This document shows positions 26,411 to 40,960 of a stretch of 64,000 bases of DNA, piece after piece. The position numbers were made by a program, and so were the translations under genes. The stretch comes from Eledone cirrhosa (lineage: Eukaryota). Under the pieces are notes generated by a model. It was not told the DNA's origin and searched no databases. It worked only from the letters and a program-made list of their open reading frames with translations. The stretch is taken from NCBI GenBank assembly GCA_964016885.1, contig OZ024746.1, forward strand, positions 11,284,001-11,348,000, given 5' to 3'. Each line of letters starts with the position of its first letter. The stretch's first letter is position 1.

Positions 26411-27469
26411 ATGGAAAGAGAAAGTTGTAAAGATTTAAGAGAGCCTATCATTTTAGTTTCTCTCCTAAGCCATACTAAAGAAGTAACATCATGGCAAGCC
26501 CATTCTAGCTTCACTCATAATTTTCCCAGGTATTACTTTTTCATTATTACATCAATCATTCTCATAATGCTGGCATTGGCCTCAGCCTGTCAGTTGGAAC
26601 ATGTAATAGAGTAATAAAATTTGCTTTATTTTTAACCTAGCCATTCCTGCAAAAGTATCTTTCTAATTCAGCCCATTTCTCATCTCCCTAAATCCTATAT
26701 AAGACAAACAAAAACTTAGTCCATTTCTGATTATTTCTAGCAAATACCAACTGTTCCTCTCAATATTAACTCTATAATGCTATAGCTTGTTTGTGAAAAA
26801 CATGCTATCCAGTAGTTATTGTCAACAAAACCACTCAGGAGAGCTATTAATCAAATTTTTGTAAAATTTGTAAAAAAAAGTGCAGCACATTTAACCAATT
26901 GTGCTAATTAGCTCATTTGCACACTAATGAACATCTGGACAAACAGTGAATTTCTGACTTGAAGGGATTACCATCCACCAGAATCATCCTATCAAACTGT
27001 CCAATTTCTAGCAAGTCATACCATAAAATAACTAGCTAAGATCATCAATATCTATTGATCACTATTACTGTTATCAGCGTCACCCAGCCTTCCAGAAAAT
27101 TCATAAAAATCATTACAAAGATTTTAAAATTTTAAATACAAAATAAACCAGAAAGTTGACAGGAAGCTTTCTTAAACAATGCCTGGTACTCACAAGATGT
27201 AATTAACATTATTGCTTTGTCTGGAAGTTGCTAGGTTATCAAGAATAGTGTTACATTCTTAGGTTGATAAATCAGCTGTATAATGTTTTAGGCTATCAGG
27301 GCTGATATATGCAGCACTAACAGGGTTAAGTATATACAGTTTTAGCTGAGATACATTCAATAGGAATGCACTGTCTGAATAGCAAACCCGCTTTCAACAG
27401 CTACCTACAGGTACAATTCATTTTTGAAGACAGGAGAAAAGTATTATATAAATCAAGTTTTTTATTAGT

Positions 27470-27692
27470 AGCACCCAGCCCACACTAAAGTGGTCATGTA
27501 GGTGTCAACAAAAAGCACCCAGCACACACTGTAAATGTCGGCATTAGGAAGAGCATTCAGCTGTAGAAACCAAGCCAAAAGCAGTTGTGTATGAAGACAT
27601 GATCACCCAATCTGGCTTACCTCACAACAGGACAATTTGTCTAACCGATGCTAGTGTAGAAAAAAACGGGCATTAAACAGTGATGATGGTGA
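27470..27692 (+). mobile_element. SINE family B fragment
   Basis: aaagcacccagcacac..attaggaagagcattcagctgtagaaacc..atgctagtg..gatgatg tail; inverse of 29688-29890. Confidence 0.6.
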
Positions 27693-27955
27693 AGACGAGG
27701 CAATGGGAAAACCACTTTACTGTATCCTCACATAAATCACGACATTATGGGTGTTCTAACATTACAATAAGTGGACATTTAAAAACTAAAATGTCTATGC
27801 ATAGCTGCAGAAAAATACCTTTTTAGTTTCAGCAAAAGCAAAAAGGTATAACTAAAAATTTATTCTGATAATATTTTACAACTTGCCTCTAGTTTAACAT
27901 TTTCTAATATCCAAATAAAATGTGTATTAACTTTCGTAAACCATTTTCAATATTT

Positions 27956-27992
<37 letters not shown>

Positions 27993-28004
27993 TGTAGAAC
28001 AGTG

Positions 28005-28048
<44 letters not shown>

Positions 28049-29687
28049 ACGGTATCTAGAACTCAGCTTCAGTGCCAATTAAATCTAGTCAAGAATAATT
28101 AGCTGCCCTCCTGCCAGTAAAATGAAATTAGCACACCATCTAGTGAATAAGAGTGTCTGAGTGGTAAGGTAGAGGAAAGTAAGTAAGTGTAGGCAAGTAA
28201 TTTGTACTTAGATAAGAGATGTTTGGGGAAGAAAAAAAAAGAGAAAATTGAATTTCAGTGAAGTTTACATACTAAAATGTGACTTTTGTAAAGTATTAAG
28301 AAATTCATTTAAAAGGACAATTCAATTTTGTAACAATTTAAATTTATAATTGTTTCAAACTGATTTAATGAGGATCATTAAAAACTTTTATAGTAATTTC
28401 CTTTCCATATCTCAGGGTAAACCCCTTTTTTTACCATATCCTAAATTATAATATATTAGATTGCATGGTTGTTGTTTTTTTAGTCAAAAGAATAGTTAGA
28501 CCCACATGTGTAGCCCCACGCCTATACATAGAAACTAGACTTGACAAAGTTGACAGCCTGAAACTACCAGGTATGGACCTGCAATCCTCAACATAAATCT
28601 ACATTACATTAAATATATGAACATATCGAGTATTTTTATATTTTTGCACGAGGAAAGAAATGCGTCTGCATACAATCTTCCTGAATTATACTAATGTATT
28701 CATAGACTAAACAGCTTATCAAATTTCCACTTATGACTATCATCTCATGACATTCCAATTCACCTAATATCCCTATAGCAATTTAATTTTTTTTCTTTAA
28801 CAATTGATACATCTAATGGCGAGTAGTTTTGCCTGAACTTGATCTATCTTTCGAATATACAATGCCTCCTCACATCTTGTTCCGATCTGGTTATTGACAA
28901 AAATGCCTTTTATACTATCCCTCATACATTCCTTTCATACATTATACAGCTCTGTCAAGCAATAATCATAGACAGACTTTGTTAGCAACTTTTAAAATCC
29001 TCCAGCCATTCTGAAGCTACTGTTAATGTACTGCTAGCCCTATTCAATTCAGCATCATATAGAAATATCAGATCTTATCTGATATTTTAATTGCAGTAGT
29101 TCATAGTCCTTGAACCTGGATTGGCTGCTTTATAACTTGTTGCCTCTAGTAATGTCCAGCACCATTTTCTTCATAAACTGGCACTTTGTAGATAAAGAAA
29201 TTCTAAATTTAGAAAATATATTGGCTTTATCTGGATTGTTTAGTTCAGAGAGTGCAAAAATTATTTTAAATCTAAATTTCCTAAGTTTCAGCTCCATAAT
29301 TATGTATGCTGAATTAAATCAGAAAATTCAAGCATATGTATGGAATCGATGTTTATTATACAACCATGTAAACTCAAGTAACAACACTCCATGTTAGTTA
29401 ACATGTATATTTAAACAATACAAAGTCCAATGCAGGGTATATTCAGTTTTGTCTTTGCAATTCTGTGTAGAATAAAGTTTTTATTTGTAAGGATTGAAAA
29501 GTGGATATTTTATAAGACTTTCTGCCAAAACTTAAAGTCTAATAATTAAAGCTACATGACTAGTACACAGGTACAGCAATAAATAGGCACTCTTAAAACA
29601 TTCAAAGTGTCCAAAGATACTTCTGTAAATATTTTTCTTTCCTATTAGCTGTTAACATCCCATCTCACAAAACTGCACCGGTAAGAG

Positions 29688-29890
29688 TCATCATCACCGT
29701 TTTACGTCCGTTCTTCCATGCTAGCATGGGTTAGACGAGTTGTCCTGTTGTAGGCAGTAGCCGGTCGGCTGACCATGCCTTGCTCATACGGGAACTGATT
29801 CTGGCTCGATTTCTACAGCTGGATGCCCTTCCTAACACCAACCTCATTTACACTGAGTGCTGGGTGCTTTTTTTTCGTGGCACCTACATG
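29688..29890 (-). mobile_element. SINE family B fragment with RTE-like (GAT)n tail
   Basis: ttctacagctggatgcccttcctaac..gctgggtgcttt and catgctagcatgg, reverse complement of 27470-27692. Confidence 0.65.
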
Positions 29891-30906
29891 TCATTTTTGA
29901 AAATACAAAACACCGACTACATCACATTATAAATTAAAGTTTTTAGATTACAACAATCTGTCCAGCTATAAAGATACAAGTATTTGAATTAAGAACATTA
30001 AATCAATATAGAATGCCAAGAGTTTAAGACAAGTTAAACAGATATTCACCATAACACTTTCCCCAAATGGTTATTAAATCAAACCAATATCATATGTTAA
30101 CAAAACAAATATTAACTGTCCTAGAAAAGGTTAATAAACAAAAATGAAAGATTATCTAATATTGGAACAATGAAAGTCATTAGGTCGAAGGAGGGGGGTG
30201 GGGGGCTAAGTAGTTCAACCAATTGTCAATAACAGTACTATTGACCTAAGGTTAGCTTTTTACTATGGTGCTTCTCAGGAACCTACTTTAGATTTTGTAT
30301 CCAGAGAAACTGTCAGAAATATTCCTCACCCTCATTTAAATCTATACAACAAAAGAATTTTAGACAAACAATTTTCAGAACTTGAGGTATAGATTATTTC
30401 TAACAGTGATGACGGTGCAGCAGCATGTCGGTGGGTAGAATTTTAATTTTTATCTTGTTAACAGTTGTGTTGCCAACAAGATTCTTAAACTTCCATGTGC
30501 CACATTACAATAAAATAAACTTTCTACCCCTTTTAACTGTAGTTAGGTCTCAAGTATTTATCAAAACTTGAAGCTGACATTGCAAGTGGGGTTAACTGTC
30601 TTAGCCAATATGAGTGACCCCCACAAAGGGGTTCTAGTTGGTAATTCAAACCAATTAAAACCAGCTAAAATAAACAAAATGATAGTTGAAAGAATTCAAT
30701 AAATAAAAGCCAAACAATAATAAAAAATATGGAAGATATAAACTTGAAATAAAAAGCAAACCAATAAAATACACCCAGGTAAACTTTGGATAATCAAAGA
30801 AAGCCAAGGAAAAATTATCTTGATATCAAACTTAAGCAGACAAAAGTGTGTGAATAGCAACGATAGATATGATTAAAGCCCCAATGTTTAACAATTGTGA
30901 TATATT

Positions 30907-31098
30907 AATTGTTTCTACTTTTGGTACAAGGCCAGCAATTATCCCAGTGTATTACTGGTATTTTATTTTATCGACCCCCGTAAGGATGAAAGGCAAAGTT
31001 AACCTTGGCAGGATTTGAACTCAGACCATAAAGGGCCGTAACTCTTTGCTGCAAAGCATGGCATCCGACCCTCTAGTGATACTGCCAATCCACCGCCC
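30907..31098 (-). mobile_element. SINE family A, full-length
   Basis: Reverse complement of the family consensus from gggcggtggattggcag to agtagaaacaatt. Confidence 0.9.
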
Positions 31099-31627
31099 TT
31101 ATGATATATTAATGACATGTAGTTAGCAAATTTGCAAAGTCAGAACATCAGATTTTGCAGCATTTGTTCCAGCTTTCACTCCAAGTCCAAATCCCGTCAT
31201 CAATTTTGCCTGTCATCATTTTGAGGTTGATAAAAATACTTGAGCAGTAATTGAGTGGAGTTCACAAACACACGTGCGTGCATGCGTAAGAAATTGGCTT
31301 TGTTTAAATCTAGAGAGATATGGGCTTCACCAGGTTTAAAGTGCCACTATGACTAACAGGTATTCCATATCCATACATAATTGCATGTACCTTCCATGAT
31401 GTAGATAGGTGAGAGTACCAGAACATGACACAACAGGTCAAGCCCCTCTTCACAGTTGTGGAAACCAAACAATTTAAGACAGGTAACATTTTCAACAGTT
31501 GGTTACTTACTACAAAGCATAAGTGTGAACCAGAGAAATGTCAGAGAGATGACATTGTAAACTATATCCAATAACAGACTGACATTCCACAAACTAGTAC
31601 ACAACTAAAAGTACTAGCTCACTGAAA

Positions 31628-31815
31628 TAATTGTTTCTACTTTCGGCACAAGGCCAGCAAATACCCCAGTTCATTACTGGTGCTTTATTTTATTGACTCC
31701 ATAAAGATGAAAGGCAAAATTAACCTCGGCGGGATTTGAACTCAGACCATAAAGGGCTGTAACACCATGTTGCAGAGCATGGTGTCCGACCCTCTACCAA
31801 TACTGCCAATCCACC
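31628..31815 (-). mobile_element. SINE family A, full-length
   Basis: Same head, B box, core and tail on the minus strand. Confidence 0.9.
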
Positions 31816-32894
31816 ATGTAATAAATCTCTGCTCCCAACAGTTCCTGGCCTTTTGAATTAGTAAAATACCTTTTTTCTCATCTACTGTTTCAACCTTCCC
31901 AGAACCGAAACTATTACCAATTCTTTCACTGTTTTCCCTGTAGTCCTAAAAAAAGCTTTAAAAAAAAAAAAAAAAAAATATCAATCACAACCTCAGCTGT
32001 CAGGAAATGCTATGAATATTGCTGCCTTCCTCACCTTTCTGAGCACAATAACTGTGGACAAACATGACTGCTAAGTATCGGTTTTCTTGACCTTGAGCTA
32101 GCAACAGTGAAATATTTTCAAACATACACTAAACACAGGATGTCATATAATTTAACAATCATATCACAATCATTAGATAGAAGAAAGCTTACATTACTGT
32201 TTTGACCTCAATACCAGTTATGAAAGAAAGGTAATCTGCACTAGATAAAATAAATAATGTATATAAGATAGAAGTGAAATTCTCAAATTAGAAAATTTCA
32301 CAATTTAATAAAAGTAGATTCAAATTATTCTCCCCCTGTTCCAATTTTTTCTTTTGGGGATCTTAAAAGAGTGACAGGTGGGACTACCTGAACACAGTTA
32401 CAACAGGTCAAGCCCACCTTCACAAGATTTGCTAAGCAAATCAACTACAATATGTTTATCTTTTGTGTATCTGAGAAAGTTCTATTACAACTGCTACTAC
32501 AGCCAACATAATGCCTAAACTAAAGGATGAATATCTATACCACCTTCTCTCCACTGTAGTACCTTAATACATACAGCTCAACTACAATTAATATACACAT
32601 TCAGGTCAAACATACTGTAGTTATGATAGAGGTAAAATATTTTGATTTTTATATTTTAACATGGGCGGAGGTGGTGAGAGCAGACCTCAGATTGCTGAAG
32701 CTCACAGAGGAGATGAAGGACCGTGACAAGTGGAGAGATGCTGTGCTAAATAGGACCCATCCCACCCTTGCAAGCAGGGAAAAGCAGACGTAAAATGATG
32801 AAGATGAGTATATACATTAAAAATATTTTCAAAGTGTGAGTAAAATATTTATACATTTACTAAGTTTATCTTATGCTACTGCCATTTATTTTTC

Positions 32895-32937
<43 letters not shown>

Positions 32938-35900
32938 CTGATGTTACAAATACAAAAGTTTTGTTTTCTAATAGCTTAGAAAAAGATTGATAGTGTGCTT
33001 GACTTGTTTTCAACATCAAAAGCCAATTGGAAAAAAGGGAAAAGAAACCACAACTCCAACTGGAAACCTAGTCCAATTGCTTGCAACAGCATGCACTCCA
33101 CTAAAAGGCCCTGAAAGGTGTCAGACTATATCAAGGTAACAGCTAAAAGCATTGGTTCAATTGCAATAAATGATTAAATGAAGTTCATTTGTACCCTCAC
33201 AAGATTGTAATTTCAAAATCTTAGTATATGCAGCTGAGTACTCTTCGATAAAAATCAAATATTTCAGAAATAGTACAGGATCAAATAGTTCAGAAAACAC
33301 TGTACAAGCATTAGTAACAAAAAAAAAAAGAGCAAACTGAAGAGAAAAGAAGTTTATTCTACTCCCAGTAATACACTATTACTAGTTAATAACTCAGTTG
33401 TGAGGATTTCATATATCTCAAATAACAAAAAAAATACAAAAAAGACTTGTTTTTTTTACTATGAGGTGTAACTAATTAAATGAATGCCTGGGTGGTGGAA
33501 TTAACTGCAATTGTTAATTGATAGTACTTTTTAATTTTTGTCCATGTTCGTTTTCGAAAAGAAGTTTTTGACATTAATTCTAAAACAAGGCGAGGTCTGT
33601 GTTATGTTCAAGTCTACCTAGGGATAACTGAGGTTAATAAAGTAAATATTTAGTTAAGACCTGGATGTTAGTAGTTGAAGTGAAGTAAGCAGAACAGAAG
33701 TTCCAAAAGTGGAATAAACAGAAATATGCAGAGAACCACTGGTCACCCATGTCCAATGACACTGTTCAGAATTTGTAAAATGTTGGTAATGTATGAAAGA
33801 AAAAATAGTGTAAAAAAAACTAAGTTTAGGTGGAGATGACATACATACAGTGACTGAAAATCTCAGAATAAGTAATATAATCCTTTTAATGTATTTTTAC
33901 CTCTTTGTACTTTTGGAGATTGCAGGATGACCCTCAAGATAATCTGACTGTATCAGGGGAAGAAAGAGGTATTGTTTTATTTTTTGTGTGGGTGTCATGT
34001 TTAATCATAGAAAGACTTCCAAATATTGAAGTTTTTAAAAGATCCAGTACATATCCCCATTTCTTTTGTAGAAGTAGATACACAAAGAAATAATGGAATC
34101 AAGAGAATTACAATTACACCTATAACATAGCTATTGTTCTTTTCCCAACATAAAAACATTTAAATAACCTCTTTCAAATTCAAAGGCAAGGTCTTAAAGA
34201 AAACTTTTATATACTAACAAATACTTTGCATAACTCTACTATATGTAATACCCGTGGGTGGGTCTAATACATACAGACACCTATATAACGTGGGTGGGTC
34301 TAATACATACAGACAACTATAATAATATAGAGCATTTAATAATTTTAGAATCTGTCTAGTTCACACACACAGGAGACCTAACACACACACACACATAGGA
34401 GACCTAACATACACAGGAAACACTAGATTCAATATCAAATATATATGTAGTATTTTCTATCCTTATTTTCAATACTCCGCCATCGACAGTTTAAACGGGG
34501 GGGGGGGGGCTACCCAGTCAGAAACAAACGCCAACAGTACAATGTGAAAATTCCCAGCATAGTGTAAACCTACCTTTCTCGGCGCAATAGCAATTATGAA
34601 AATTCTTTTTTCTAGCATGTATTGTCTTATGTTGACAACTTTTATATAGCATAAGTTATGTTTTCTTTAAGTCTCCTCACATTACGAAATTGTCAAATAT
34701 TTAGAAGTAAATGCAGGGGCTAATTAAATAATTTAAGACGACGATAATACGTATTTAGCTGTATTTAGCTTAATTTCGCATCAATAACTTTAAATAAGCT
34801 ACAACGACACAACTATGAAATAGGCATGACTACAGTTTAGTTGTCCTACAACACGAAAGTGAAAGTTTACTAGGAAACGAGGACATTTTTATTACATAGT
34901 TCCGTTCGTTAATGCTTATATCACCGAACATGCTTTCGATCTGTTATTAGGCTAAACAAACTGGGCTACATCACAATACTGAAATGATTTATTTTAATAC
35001 CAGTTGCTGACAGGATCGGTATAAATAAATTAATTATTGAATGTTTCTTAAAACAACAGCTCTAATAGACCAATCGATATTATATATACAATTTAAGTAT
35101 ACACAGATCGTATTTTTAAATACGATTAAAAAAAAAACTTATTTTCATCAGATGTTTTACTAAACATTTTAATATTTTAAATGGTCATTTTAATTTACTG
35201 TGTATGTGCAATATCAAATTTGTTTTAAAATTTCTGTTGACCCTTGTGATGTGTGGTCGATGTCGCACTTGGTGAATTGGTCGTTTTTGTTTCTCTCGCT
35301 TTGATCATATATTTTGGTGTTGTATTTGTAATGTTCCTAGGAATAGTTAACTGTATTATGTGTTTATATCCGTGTTTATATTTTCATTTTGAAAGAATTG
35401 TAAACAATTTGTAATATTTATACAACTGTGAATAAAAAGGTATATAATTGTTAAATATACATTCTTTTAGACTATATATTTCTATACTGGCCAAATAAAA
35501 GGAAAATATAATCCGGAAAATACTGTTATAAGGACAGCTGCACCGAACCCCAGAAATGAAAATGCAAAGTGAATCCGATAGGTTATGAACTTAGTCATTA
35601 AAGATGATGAAACTATCAAAAGTAAATCATTTACTCAGTCACTTTACTCTTTCGACCATCGCTGCTACTTTTCCTTAGTAGGCCGATAAGATAAGTATAA
35701 GCAGTAGAGTGGGAGAAATACATCTATCTATAGTAACGCTGAACATAAGTGTATCCTGTGCTCGAGAGGAGATCATTAAAAAGAGGTGGGAGAGAGAAGT
35801 ATGGCTGTCAATGGCAACCATACAAACAAATACAGCGATAATGGTAGTGATAAGAAAATATGTTTAAAAAAAAAAAAAACAACCAAATAAACCTGCGCCA

Positions 35901-37215
35901 AGATGAAATTCGCATCTCCGAAGACTGTCTTGTGATTCAAATATGTCAAATTAGCGCCTATTAATTATGCGGGTCTAACTATAGTTAAGCTTCGTATGTT
36001 AAAACAAGTATTTTTCCATATGCTAGAAAATGAGGAATTTACAAGGCTTCAAACAACCAAAGACAAAATTCTTGATAAAAATTCCTGAGCGGAGCGGAGA
36101 AGTAAGGTATGTCAGGGGATCGTCAAAGCAAAAGCTAAACAGACTAGACAGTAACCCTACCGCCACACCACCTACTTTCTATGTATGTGTGAGTGTCATT
36201 CATAAGGATCCTAAAAATTTGTTCCCAACACACCGGAAGTTAATACAATTATTTCTAACCCCTTAAATTCTGATTACAAAAACTAAGATTACAAGCTCAC
36301 ACAAAAAAGAAATTTTTCCCAGCTGAGGTTTATTTTATCTGTGTTTCATTCAAGGCTTTTGAATTATTTTAATACATAAAAAGGTTGCATATTTTAAACC
36401 AAAACTTAAGGTACTTTATTCACAACCAACTACAAGAAGCCAACTAGACCAGCTGAATACGCACCATTAATAAATCGTCATATTTAAAACCTCAAAGATT
36501 TGCAAACTAAACAAAGTTACGAAGTTATTTTGCTGACGCATTTACACAGTACGACTTTACTATCTATATCTGTGCCATGTGTAGTAGCTGTGTTGTTGCT
36601 GCTTTAATTCCTATAAAGAGGGTCTCTTAATCGCACCGCCCATATAGGAGCTCCCAACACATATCTGAAACCTTTTTAAAAACAACACTGCTGTTTCACA
36701 AACAAAACTCCAAACAAGCCCATCGTTTACCCCAAAATAAACATTTATGTTCTGCGTAGTTTTAGTAATGTTAAGAAAGCTGACAAGGAAGGAGAGAGTT
36801 AAGCGAAGTTTTTTAATATGCTGTTGAAAAGACAATAGAAAACTGAAGGACATAAACAGCAAATACACATACGTGTATATGATTATCAGGTAGTCTGTCA
36901 CACGCAGAGTTTCGGCTAATAAAATTAAATCAGTATGAATACGAGCTTGCATTTATTTGAAACGCATACGGAGTTAAAGTTCAGTCCTTGTTTGTTATTT
37001 TTTTTAGTTTATCACAAATACAAAATAAAACAGACAAAATCAACACACTTAGATAGGAATACATATGTAGGTGATGTTCTTCGATTGGTTTTAACATATC
37101 ACAAGAAAATAAATCAATGGAAACGACGCAGGTAAATAAAGCTGAATAATCCTTGCCCTTAGATTTTAGAATGTTTTTAAAATAAAGCGAGTTACGTCTG
37201 CGGATTTACATACAA

Positions 37216-37251
<36 letters not shown>

Positions 37252-37285
37252 TTGTAAGGAGTTGACGGACCCAGCATATTTATCA

Positions 37286-37341
<56 letters not shown>

Positions 37342-38983
37342 TGTAATAAACAACATAAGGCAATTATTCCATCTACCAGTGGTTTCTTAAAAGCAAAAAA
37401 TTTTGCTTTCAATCCTCAGAATGAAAAAATCCTGGCATATTTATCAATGCCATATTATATATATATATATATTATATATATATATATATATATAACAACG
37501 TCGCGTGAAACTGAAATATGCCTCTTAATATTTGCTCTAGGTTTTTAGTTCAAAGTCCTACGAAGGGGGCGGGGCAGTCCATAAAACTGATATAGTGATT
37601 CCATCGAGTTCACCCTTATTTAAAAGAAATATCTAGTCCATTTAATATATGTGTATATTTATTCCTGTAAAAGTTCTGAGAGTGTGACGATAAGAGTTAC
37701 AGAAATAAGTTTGGCGTTTTTTAAAAGTATTCTCAGTATTACAGGGGTAACAAACACAGGGATGAGTTGACAAATGTTTTTTTTTAAACTGAACAATACA
37801 TTACAATAAGGAGTGGGTGTAAGTATTAAAGGAAGTTTGTCACCCAGTATGTCACTGGAGTCTTGAAAGTGTTTCAATCATCTTGAGACATTTTAACACC
37901 ACCTACGTCATTTCACAGAGAAGGTAGCCAGAAATACAAGTTCAATATGTCCCCAAATTCAGTCAGGTTTTCAAATATAAAAACGTGTTTTATTGTTGTA
38001 TTATGAAATACATTGTGCATATATTTATTTACATATGGGAAAAACTCGGAGGTGGTGGTGGACAATTTCTGTAAAGTAATTAAGTACAACGTTCTCAGTG
38101 GTAAGTGGTAGTAAAAATAGTAATGATTAGTAATAATTAATAGGAAATATAAATAAGAATTTTTAAACAAATAGACTCGTACATATGTATACAGATGTAA
38201 ATGCTCACACACGCGCAAACATATCCTAAGTACTGCAGTCGTGTCAAACAATGTTTTCTTCGTGAAAATTTAATGTAAACTTGAAAACTTCAAAAAGCTC
38301 CTGACAAGATAAGATTCGGCCAGGTTTTGTATTATCTTGAAATTGTAAAGATAGCCGTTATCAATCGATCGAACGTTCCTAACTAAATGGAACTATATGC
38401 TGGACTTATATATATAAGTATATGTAATTTAAGAGAGGAGGGCAGCGACAATGAATGAAATGACAGTAGACTAACAGTAATGTTGATATGACTAGTAGGT
38501 AAGGTAGTGTGTTGATATTGGGCATTTCAGAACGACTTAACGCAGAATGTCTTAAACATATTTCAAGTTTTCGGAGGCTTTTTTAAATACATATGCTACT
38601 GTTTTGGCTGGTGTCTGCTAATCTCATTTGGCTGATAGTAGTAGTAATAATATAGGTTCTGTTCTGTAGATATAGCACAAAACAAATAGATAAAAACGAT
38701 TTATGAATAAGAAACACTATAGCTTCCCCTGCCGCACCTTTCTCCGGGAGCTTTTCCTACTTGTGTGTGTGTGTGTGTGTGTGTGCAATATAGTTATGCC
38801 GTTCTGTTCCTACGTTTACAGCATGGTAATTAAAAGGAACAGCTAGTTTATCAACAACACCTGTATTAGCGCTTTTTTTTTTCTTTTTTTTTTTTTTATT
38901 AGTAAAATCTTTGAAACATAACATACATTTTTTTTTAATTAGGAAAATCCAAATCAGAAATGAAAAGTTATTAAAAAGCTTAC

Positions 38984-39404
38984 CCAAAGTTTGGTTGCAG
39001 TTCATAATCGGAGTAGCAAACCCACGAGTGTCAGGGGTTTTACAGTATGCTACTTCGGGCATTTCACCACGCACCACTATTTTCTGGGTCTTAAAGTGGA
39101 TATCCGTTTCAGTATCAACAACTAACAACTTGGTCTCTTCTCCGCCAGCTTTGATCCTCTGGACAACCTGCTGGTGATTCTCGTTGCCAATATTCACGCC
39201 ATTCACTTCGACTATACGGTCCCCTTGTTGTAAATAAGCAGCTTCGGCTGGAGAACCTTCGTCCACTTTTCCGATGAACTGGCCAGCTTTGCCTTTCTCG
39301 GCGTGTAAGTTAAAGCCATAACCATTAAAATCTGTCCATTTTATCAAGTGACAAAATCGGGGATGTAATTTCAATTTGTTTAGGTTTTCATTCAGATCAC
39401 TCAT
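38984..39404 (-). CDS. NHERF1: NHERF/EBP50-family PDZ scaffold (Na+/H+ exchange regulatory cofactor, Sip1-like), coding exon 1: PDZ domain
   Basis: Translation [20 protein letters not shown]...[40 protein letters not shown]...LLVVD is a NHERF-type PDZ (GYGF loop, HQQVV helix). ATG at 39404 in AAAATGA context with an upstream in-frame TGA. Ends at TTG G|gtaagc donor (phase 1). Confidence 0.9.
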
Positions 39405-39970
39405 TTTGTAGCCTTGCTTTTCGAGCACTTTGCGTCTATTAACTTTCAGCGCACTTGTTCAAATAAAGGAGGAAATATTTCTTTAAACTTTTATCTTCTT
39501 TACACTTCCTTTCAATCAAAGAAACTTCCTTCTAATATCTCGTCGTTTGTTTTAAAATAGTTTTCCAATCTATTAACATCAATTTTCGCTTTGATTTACA
39601 GAAGGGGGCAGTAAAAAATACCCCGCAAACTAGCTGACTTGCAATAACTCTAGCAAGCAAACGGCCGGAGTTAACGTGTGTATCAGTCCATGTAAGCGTT
39701 AGGAAGTCGTCGTGAACACTATCTAACTGCACCACTGCGAAAACGTGGTTGAAAGGCAAGACGGAAAAAGAAATGATAGCAGCAGGCGAAGCAGACAACA
39801 GGCTGCTCTTCAACTGTATGTTAATAATATGGCGATTACAAGTTCAAGGCCATGTGATCAGCTTCGACCAATTGCTAGCCGGCTTCTGCCCAGGTAGCTT
39901 ATGACCACATAAGATATGTCATTCTTACTTTATAAATTTGCAGGCCGGCCAAAGTCTCTCGTTATAGACA
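39405..39970 (-). promoter_or_regulatory. Probable 5'UTR/promoter of the NHERF-like gene
   Basis: Unique, visibly CpG-retaining sequence immediately upstream of the ATG. The TSS cannot be located from sequence alone. Confidence 0.45.
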
Positions 39971-40489
39971 ACTGTCGTTTACTTTTAAATGTCACTTATT
40001 GAATATAATTTTTTTTTATACATAATATTTAAATCAATAAAGTTTATTTACTCTGTAGTTTTTTTGTTTTTTGTGTATGAAATTATAGAAGTCAAACATG
40101 GATAAATGTAAAGATACGTAGTTGAGATAGCTAGGTAAGATTATAATATATAACATGTGTCTTACTGTATAACCTAAGGTATTTGGGGAAGAGGAAAGAA
40201 AACGTGCATTGTGACACAAGGAACACTATTACATATTCATTTCTCATGATATAATTTTCTGGTAGTCATTTAAACTGGTTAACTAGATATTATGTGTGGA
40301 AATTATACTGGCTAAAGACAATGATGAATTTAATGTGACATTAAAAATACTTCTTTTAATAACAGTCATTATTTGATTTAGTTATCATTTAATTTACATA
40401 TTTCTTGCATAGCCACGAGGACACATATTTATAGGGAGACGTTAAATGGAATCTTTTGATTATCATACTCTTGTCAAGGGCGATGTAAT

Positions 40490-40753
40490 CAGGGCCGGAT
40501 TTAATCTGGAGCAAAGGGGGCAATTGCACCGTGCCCCCTGCTGTGGGGGCCCCACCAGCGACGGCCATAGCAATTTATTTCTGCCCTCAGTTGGGCTTTT
40601 TGGTTTTAGAATGGTTAGAATTTTTTAATTTAATACCTGTATGTATAACTTTGATATGTAAAATGGGGGGGGGGGGCTGTGTATCCTAATTGTGAAGAGC
40701 ACCCCTCCAAACCTGAAGTGCCCCTAAACCCCCAAGATCTAAATCCAACCCTG
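40490..40753. mobile_element. hAT-like MITE
   Basis: TIRs cagggccggattta / taaatccaaccctg (12/14); perfect 8-bp TSD gatgtaat (40482-40489, 40754-40761). Confidence 0.8.
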
Positions 40754-40767
40754 GATGTAATTATAAT

Positions 40768-40960
40768 TGTTTGTATTTTTATTTTTGGCACAAGGCCAGC
40801 AATTATTCCAGTACATTACTGGTACTTTATTTTATCGACCCCGTAAGGATGAAAGGCAAAGTTAACCTCGGCGGGATTTGAACTCAGACCATAAAGGGCC
40901 GTAACTCTTTGCTGCAAAGCATGGTGTCCGACCCTCTACCGATACTGCCAATCCACTGCC
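40768..40960 (-). mobile_element. SINE family A, full-length with TSD
   Basis: Flanked by the direct repeat ctggatgtaattataat (40751-40767, 40961-40977). Confidence 0.92.

Noticed and set aside
34574-34618. Possible alternative exon (minus strand ATG CTA GAA...AAG|gtaggt)
   Set aside because: Good donor but only 15 codons, no homology, and out of phase with exon 2; needs transcript data.
38757-38983. C-terminal extension of the PDZ ORF (KLFNNFSF...THTHK)
   Set aside because: Read-through past a strong gtaagc donor into poly-A/(CA)n intron sequence.
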